This document shows positions 59,843 to 64,000 of a stretch of 64,000 bases of DNA, piece after piece. Each line of letters begins with the position of its first letter. Positions within the stretch are counted from its first letter, which is position 1. The position numbers and the translations under genes are program-made. Under the pieces are notes generated by a model. It saw nothing but the letters and a program-made list of their open reading frames with translations. It was not told the origin of the DNA and ran no database searches. Source of the DNA: Candidatus Latescibacterota bacterium (lineage in GTDB: Bacteria; Krumholzibacteriota; Krumholzibacteriia; WVZY01); the NCBI GenBank assembly GCA_963791045.1, contig CAWBQK010000017.1:288001-352000 (forward strand), read 5' to 3'.

Positions 59843-61548
59843 TTTTCGACTGATTCGACACCGTAAATTTCAATGGCCTGTTTCTGCATCATCTTCCCGT
59901 AAAACACAAAACCGAAGATCCCCACTATCAAAACGATGATTATAGTGCTCGCCCAGATGATCAACTGGCGTCTGGAATTCTGACGATCCCAGCCCGAATT
60001 CGGGTCGACATTCGGAATCGCGCCGAGTACCTTGAGGTCAAGCTCCTCTTCGATTTCCTCGACCGTTCGGAACGACGCATCCGCATATTCGGACACGATA
60101 ATGCCACCTACTCCGAGCATCATCCCGAATATCAGCGACATCAATATTATGTTTCTCTTGTTCGGTTTGAAAGGAAGCGCCGGCCGCGAAGGTTTCTCCA
60201 AAACCTCAATCGACATGCCGATATTCGTGCTCTGCGCGGCCTCGCTGATCTGCGCCGACGTTTTGGCCCTCAGAAAAGAATTGTAAATCTCACGGTTGTT
60301 ATCGACTTCCTCCTGGAGCTTTGTGAGGTCGAGTTCGAGCTGGGGAGACTGCTGGAGACTCGTCTTGAACGAATCGATAAATGACGCGAGCCGGTCACGT
60401 TCCGCCCTGTGAGATTCAAGGATTGCCAGTTGGAGAAAATATTCAACCACCAGGGGGCGGTAGTCGATGGATATGTCGGGGAGCACCTGATCCACCAGAG
60501 TTGCCAGGCGTCTCTGCAGGCGCGTCTGGGTTTCACGAATATCACGTTCTGTTCCCCTCAAATCCTCGCCCGTGACCCCCTTTGATCCCAACTGCATCCG
60601 GAGATCCGTTTCACGGTGCCGCTTGAGGTTGGCCCGCATCCTGAGAACTTCGCGGTCCTCCGCAATCTCTTTGTGATCCGGCACGCTCCCGATAATGTTC
60701 TCGAGGCGTCCCTGTGTTTTGGTGATGATGTTTTCGAGTTCTCGGACTCGCGAATCCAGCTGTTCCTTCAAGGTCTCCGCGTAACGCAGATTTCCCTCGC
60801 CGCCGAATTCCTCGATATACTGTTGATTGGCCTCCCCGACGGGATTGCTCTGAAGCGCCAGACGTGTTTTCCGGCTCTGGAGTTCTTCGAGTCGATGTTC
60901 GGAATCATCAAGGCGCGCCTTGTAAACCTGAAGTTGTTCTTCGCTAAATTCGCTCGCCTGCTGGAGCCCGGCGAGTTTTCGCCGTCGCTGCGCATCGAGA
61001 AAAAGGGTCGTTGTCGCATCGGCGAGGACGTAGCAGATTTCAGGACTGAAATCCACACAAGCGATCTGGAATATACCGGGCCCGGCGAGCGACACCTCAA
61101 TCTTGCTCGCCAACATCGCCCGCAAGCGGCGATACAAGAGTTCATCGACGGTCATGTAAGGAAAATCTGATTTTCTTTCCGCCTGGGCCGCGGCAACAAG
61201 CTGTGGATTGTCGTCCATTCCCAGGTGGTCGATAACTAGATCGAGGAAGACGGAGCTTTGGATTTCGCTCGAGATCTTGGCCAGAGTCTCCTCATCTATC
61301 GCCTGGCGCATGTCCTCGACCCGAACAAGTTCGGATACTGCCTCGCTCAGGTAATTTTCGTCATCCAGACGAACAAGAGACGTCGACATGTAAAGCGGTT
61401 TGAGCGACCGGACTCCGATAACCGAGATCAACCCTGACAGCACGACCGGAATAATTATGTAGAATCGCTTTCGCCACAACAGCCGCATGTAGTCCTGAAT
61501 CCCGGACTGCGGGCGTTTCGAGCTCGGTGTGTCTTGCCGGACTTTCAT
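59839..61548 (-). CDS. Polysaccharide co-polymerase/chain-length determinant (Wzc/GumC membrane part)
   Basis: N-terminal TM, long coiled coil, EVLEKP..P.LP.KP, TM, EEIEEELDLKVLGAIP. Confidence 0.88.
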   Translation of the reverse strand: MKVRQDTPSSKRPQSGIQDYMRLLWRKRFYIIIPVVLSGLISVIGVRSLKPLYMSTSLVRLDDENYLSEAVSELVRVEDMRQAIDEETLAKISSEIQSSVFLDLVIDHLGMDDNPQLVAAAQAERKSDFPYMTVDELLYRRLRAMLASKIEVSLAGPGIFQIACVDFSPEICYVLADATTTLFLDAQRRRKLAGLQQASEFSEEQLQVYKARLDDSEHRLEELQSRKTRLALQSNPVGEANQQYIEEFGGEGNLRYAETLKEQLDSRVRELENIITKTQGRLENIIGSVPDHKEIAEDREVLRMRANLKRHRETDLRMQLGSKGVTGEDLRGTERDIRETQTRLQRRLATLVDQVLPDISIDYRPLVVEYFLQLAILESHRAERDRLASFIDSFKTSLQQSPQLELDLTKLQEEVDNNREIYNSFLRAKTSAQISEAAQSTNIGMSIEVLEKPSRPALPFKPNKRNIILMSLIFGMMLGVGGIIVSEYADASFRTVEEIEEELDLKVLGAIPNVDPNSGWDRQNSRRQLIIWASTIIIVLIVGIFGFVFYGKMMQKQAIEIYGVESVEK

Positions 61549-61567
61549 CGATGGACTTTCCAGTACA

Positions 61568-62641
61568 TTAGTCTTTAGTTCTATCGATCACGAGAATTAC
61601 GGTAGCCGCGGTTGCAATAACACTCAGGATAATTCCGAAGTTGTTCTTTATCTGGTAGCTCCAGGCGTTCTGCGCGGGAACGCTCACCGTGTCACCGGGG
61701 AGGAGATTCGGATTGTTCTCGAGGTTTCCCTTGTCGAGATACTCTTTGAGGTTCACGGAGAGCGTGACCGTCTCTCCCGTCTCGAGATGGCGGATAATTT
61801 TGACACTGCCCAGCGATGCCTTGCTGTCTGGACCACCGGCCAACATGATCGCGCTCATCAAATCCTGGTGCTCTCCCTGTAACCGGTAAAACCCCGGCTT
61901 CAACACCTCGCCGGCCACCGTAACGCCAACCGCGCCGATGTACGTTTCGGCGGTACTCAGGATCACAATCGTGTCGCCGTCTTTGACAGTCGGGAGTCCC
62001 TCGGTGGTACCTTGTTCGATAGCGGAGAGAACATTGACCGTCTCTGTCGTTCCGCCCAACGACTCGTCTGATACGACTCTTACAACATCGAGCGCTGCTT
62101 CGCCCGTGGGTCCGCCAGCTTCCCGGATTGCGGCCCAAAGAGTCGGCGGAGTACCGAACACGTAACGCCCGGGCGCCGCGACTTCGCCCGTCACATAGAC
62201 CACGACACCTGGGATGGGTTCGACCGAAAAATCGGTTATCTTGAGGCTCGGATAATACTCGATAAGGGCCTCGTACACCTTTTCGTGGATTTCCCGGCTC
62301 GTCAGTCCCTCCACGTGTATTCCACCGACGAGAGCGGGCGTTATTACCCCGTTCTCATCGACCGTGAACTCGCGGTTCATCGACGGTCTGTCCGGAACTG
62401 TGAAACGTATTTGATCCCCCACCTTCACACGGTAATTCTCGTCGCCCAGTTGGGCCTGCGCGAGGACTTCGACACCCGAAAACATCACAACGATCATCAT
62501 CGCTTGAACGAAAACAAGGATCCGCCCGCAGACTCCAACTTCACTCCGTCGAAGACCGCCGCTTCCTCGCCCGTGTCCGGCCGGATCCATCATTCGTTGA
62601 AACTGCATTCCTGCAACCTTTTCTAAGAGTTCTTGTACCAC
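61568..62641 (-). CDS. wza: Polysaccharide export protein with SLBB domains (Wza-like)
   Basis: YRVKVGDQI, VDENGVI, VYVTGEVAAPG, VAGEVLKPGFY, AIMLAGG, LLPGDTVSVP; true start likely downstream of 62641. Confidence 0.85.
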   Translation of the reverse strand: MVQELLEKVAGMQFQRMMDPAGHGRGSGGLRRSEVGVCGRILVFVQAMMIVVMFSGVEVLAQAQLGDENYRVKVGDQIRFTVPDRPSMNREFTVDENGVITPALVGGIHVEGLTSREIHEKVYEALIEYYPSLKITDFSVEPIPGVVVYVTGEVAAPGRYVFGTPPTLWAAIREAGGPTGEAALDVVRVVSDESLGGTTETVNVLSAIEQGTTEGLPTVKDGDTIVILSTAETYIGAVGVTVAGEVLKPGFYRLQGEHQDLMSAIMLAGGPDSKASLGSVKIIRHLETGETVTLSVNLKEYLDKGNLENNPNLLPGDTVSVPAQNAWSYQIKNNFGIILSVIATAATVILVIDRTKD

Positions 62642-63555
62642 TCCACGGTTCTTTCAAGACCCTCGTCGAAAGACAACCCGACCTTGTATCCAAGTCCGAG
62701 TTCAACGGCGCCAATATCTGCCTGGGAATGTTTTACATCACCGGCTCTGGAGGGGGCGAATTCCGCATCCAACGCTACGCCGAGACTATCTTTCAACTTA
62801 CCGTACAAATAGTTCAAGCTAAATCTGCCGCCACATGCCACGTTGTACACGGCGCCGCCGGGATCGTTCGATTCAGCCGCCAAAAGATTCGCCAACACCA
62901 CATTGTCGATAAATGTAAAATCACGCGTCTGTTCGCCGTCCCCGAAGATAACGGGCGCCTTGCCCTCCATCAAACTCTTCACAAAAATCGGAATCACGGC
63001 GGCGTACTGAGAGGCGGGATCCTGTCGCGGCCCAAAAACATTGAAGTACCGGAGGCTGGCTGTGGGAAGCCCATACACATCGCTAAACACCCGGCAATAG
63101 AATTCACCCGCCAGTTTGGAATTTGCGTACGGGGACTTCGGATTTGGACACATGTCTTCCTTTTTGGGAAGCACATCGCTGTCACCATAAATCGACGACG
63201 ATGATGCGTAAACAACACGCTTCACACCGAGGTCCTTTGCCGCCACCAGGAGATTCAACGTTCCGTCGACATTCACCGCATTTGTAGAAACAGGATCTTC
63301 GATACTACGCGGTACCGAGGCCAACGCCGCTTGATGAACGACATAGTCGACCCCGCGCACGCTCCCTCTTACGACATCCATGTCGCGGATATCCCCTTCT
63401 ATCAGGGTCAGATCCGAGAGAAACCCGTCGAGGTTCTCCCGCTTTCCGGTAGAGAAATTATCAAGAATGCGGACATCATGCCCATTCTTGACGAGCCTTT
63501 CTGCGATATGGGATCCAATGAATCCGCCGCCCCCCGTCACCAGATATGTCGCCAT
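62623..63555 (-). CDS. UDP-Glc/UDP-GlcNAc 4-epimerase (WbpP-like SDR)
   Basis: LVTGGGGFIGSH, HQAALASVPRSI, ASSSSIYG, SPYANSK, LRYFNVFGPRQDP. Confidence 0.92.
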   Translation of the reverse strand: MATYLVTGGGGFIGSHIAERLVKNGHDVRILDNFSTGKRENLDGFLSDLTLIEGDIRDMDVVRGSVRGVDYVVHQAALASVPRSIEDPVSTNAVNVDGTLNLLVAAKDLGVKRVVYASSSSIYGDSDVLPKKEDMCPNPKSPYANSKLAGEFYCRVFSDVYGLPTASLRYFNVFGPRQDPASQYAAVIPIFVKSLMEGKAPVIFGDGEQTRDFTFIDNVVLANLLAAESNDPGGAVYNVACGGRFSLNYLYGKLKDSLGVALDAEFAPSRAGDVKHSQADIGAVELGLGYKVGLSFDEGLERTVEWYKNS

Positions 63556-63697
63556 CAATCAGCCTCCTGATAAAACAGATCGTTCGAAGAGTCGTCCCAC
63601 GACGCAATATATTGGGTTTCACCACCCACACTCGCCGTCGGCTTTGAGGATTAGGGCCCAATTATAGCAGGATAACTAGATAAACTTGATAATCAAA

Positions 63698-64000
63698 TCA
63701 CGTTCTGATTTCATCCAACAGATCATTCGTCGTCGCCACGGTGTTTTTGCCCGCACGCTTTGCGTGGTACAGCGCCCTGTCCGCGCTCGCGATGATTTCT
63801 CTTGCCGTTTGACCGTCGTGCGGAAAACTGGAGATTCCCGCGCTGCACGTCAACAATCCGGCCTCATTGGCCACGAATTCATACTTCCTCACCGCCTGTA
63901 TCACGCGGTCCGTCACGACAACGGCGCCATCAAGGTCGGTTCTGGGAAGAATCATGGCAAACTCATCCCCGCCATATTTCGCCACAAAGTCGATATCCCG
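63698..64000 (-). CDS. Diguanylate cyclase (GGDEF domain), 3' part
   Basis: RDIDFVAKYGGDEF (RxxD I-site + GGDEF), TCSAGI, ADRALYHAKRAGKN. Confidence 0.92.
   Translation of the reverse strand, partial: RDIDFVAKYGGDEFAMILPRTDLDGAVVVTDRVIQAVRKYEFVANEAGLLTCSAGISSFPHDGQTAREIIASADRALYHAKRAGKNTVATTNDLLDEIRT

Overview
A 64-kb chromosomal segment from a Gram-negative bacterium of moderately high GC. Proteins with FlgD/T9SS-type C-terminal domains, a PorV-like barrel and LptE suggest an FCB-related candidate phylum such as Krumholzibacteriota or Latescibacterota (inference). A near-canonical dif site lies at 21916-21943, and gene orientation converges on it, so this is probably the replication terminus. 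Left arm (mostly +): tRNA-Pro(CGG), a sigma-70 factor, apt, tRNA-Arg(CCT) behind a tandemly duplicated promoter, an LVIVD/CTD protein, a Ser/Thr kinase-TPR protein, an orphan ParA with a Zn-ribbon partner, and a Fur/Zur-znuACB operon. That operon continues into a DUF318 metal-permease::HflK fusion followed by hflC and hflK, the most unusual system here. Two candidate structured ncRNAs and a PP2C phosphatase follow. Right arm (all -): leuS, a TusA-like gene, thioredoxin, holA, lptE, a sigma-54 two-component pair, and a ~33-kb surface-polysaccharide locus. The locus encodes Wza/Wzc/tyrosine kinase, a Wzy/O-antigen-ligase-like protein, Wzm/Wzt, RfbF, three C-methyltransferases and glycosyltransferases, and it encloses a ~2200-aa beta-helix/FN3/Ig CTD surface protein and a PorV-SPOR fusion. 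At least 11 single-base frameshifts in the right arm, one of them in essential leuS, look like long-read consensus errors rather than real pseudogenes. All calls come from reading motifs by eye; no database searches were run.
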